NCBI GenBank assembly: GCA_023428265.1 | Contig: JAEYYW010000185.1 | Coordinates: forward strand, 1 to 63,775 | Direction: 5' to 3' | Origin: Bacillota bacterium | GTDB taxonomy: Bacteria; Bacillota; Clostridia; Christensenellales; UMGS416 | Length of the DNA: 63,775 bases | Shown here: in pieces, positions 63,623 to 63,775 of the stretch | Layout of the letters: each line of letters begins with the position of its first letter | Numbering within the stretch: position 1 is the first letter of the stretch | Translations under genes and position numbers: made by a program | Notes under the pieces: generated by a model | What the model was told of the DNA's origin: nothing | The model's database searches: none | The model's input: the letters and a program-made list of their open reading frames with translations, nothing else

Positions 63623-63651
63623 TTGAAGAACCAAGGGCATAAAGCTATAAT
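63623..63651 (+). promoter_or_regulatory. Sigma-70-type promoter of the pilin gene
   Basis: TTGAAG (63623-63628), 17-nt spacer, TATAAT (63646-63651). Confidence 0.55.
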
Positions 63652-63710
63652 TTAATAACCGAATTATATGGCCATGTGCTATATGATAAATAAATCTGGA
63701 GGTGCAACCC

Positions 63711-63775
63711 ATGCTTCTCACACTCAAGAGGAAGAACAAGAAAGGCTTCACGCTGATCGAGCTCATCGTCGTCGT
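63711..63775 (+). CDS. Type IV (pre)pilin, N-terminal fragment (continues beyond the window)
   Basis: MLLTLKRKNKKGFTLIELIVV is a class III signal peptide with the G/FTLIE prepilin peptidase site. GGAGGTG SD. Confidence 0.85.
   Translation, partial: MLLTLKRKNKKGFTLIELIVV

Noticed and set aside
1-63775. CRISPR arrays, tRNA or rRNA genes, IS elements, integrases, and prophage or conjugation genes.
   Set aside because: I recognised none while reading the intergenic regions and ORF translations. The only repeats are gene paralogs (MCPs, VanW) and short motif arrays. tRNAscan, Infernal and ISfinder searches would be needed to exclude small or degenerate elements.

Overview
This is a 63.8-kb chromosomal window from a high-GC, motile, spore-forming Firmicute, probably Clostridia-like. 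The markers for that are whiA-crh, a bofC-like gene, lonB, ytaF, rex, nfnAB, the obg / yhbY-nadD-yqeK-rsfS synteny, motAB, MCPs and a Gram-positive type IV pilus operon. I recognise about 60 protein-coding genes. Most are core housekeeping: rplU-rpmA, whiA, crh, motAB, birA-bioY, rsmI, nadD, rsfS, lgt, obg, nfnAB, rex, an ABC-F ATPase, lonB and pilBTC plus a pilin. By eye I found no rRNA, tRNA, CRISPR array, transposase or integrase.

Many long ORFs in the six-frame track are antisense artefacts of the high GC content and were discarded. Several starts were moved inward to codons with a Shine-Dalgarno sequence.

The strongest candidate for something new is a sharply AT-rich islet at about 57.9-59.3 kb, wedged between lonB and the pilus operon. 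It carries one promoter-equipped gene for an orphan RES-domain protein (the NAD+-targeting toxin family). There is no antitoxin ORF, and about 500 nt of non-coding DNA lies downstream.

Other items worth a second look:
- A split three-gene HgdC-type activase plus two DUF2229 genes with no recognisable substrate enzyme.
- A 1150-aa LRR / Listeria-Bacteroides-repeat / cadherin-like / FlgD-Ig surface protein, paired with a divergent XRE regulator and phased TCGAAT repeats.
- Three tandem VanW paralogs.
- Two paralogous MCPs with near-identical 3' halves, next to a hemerythrin gene.
- An ATGA-coupled nitroreductase / radical-SAM pair.
- An overlapping Eis-like GNAT / DUF2156 pair.
- A birA-bioY-DUF1284 operon with a BirA-box-like inverted repeat over its -35.
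- A PilB with a textbook tandem MshEN (c-di-GMP-binding type) motif.
- A repeated TGCGGCAA motif array upstream of the pilin gene.

All family assignments come from motif recognition by eye and need HMM or BLAST confirmation.
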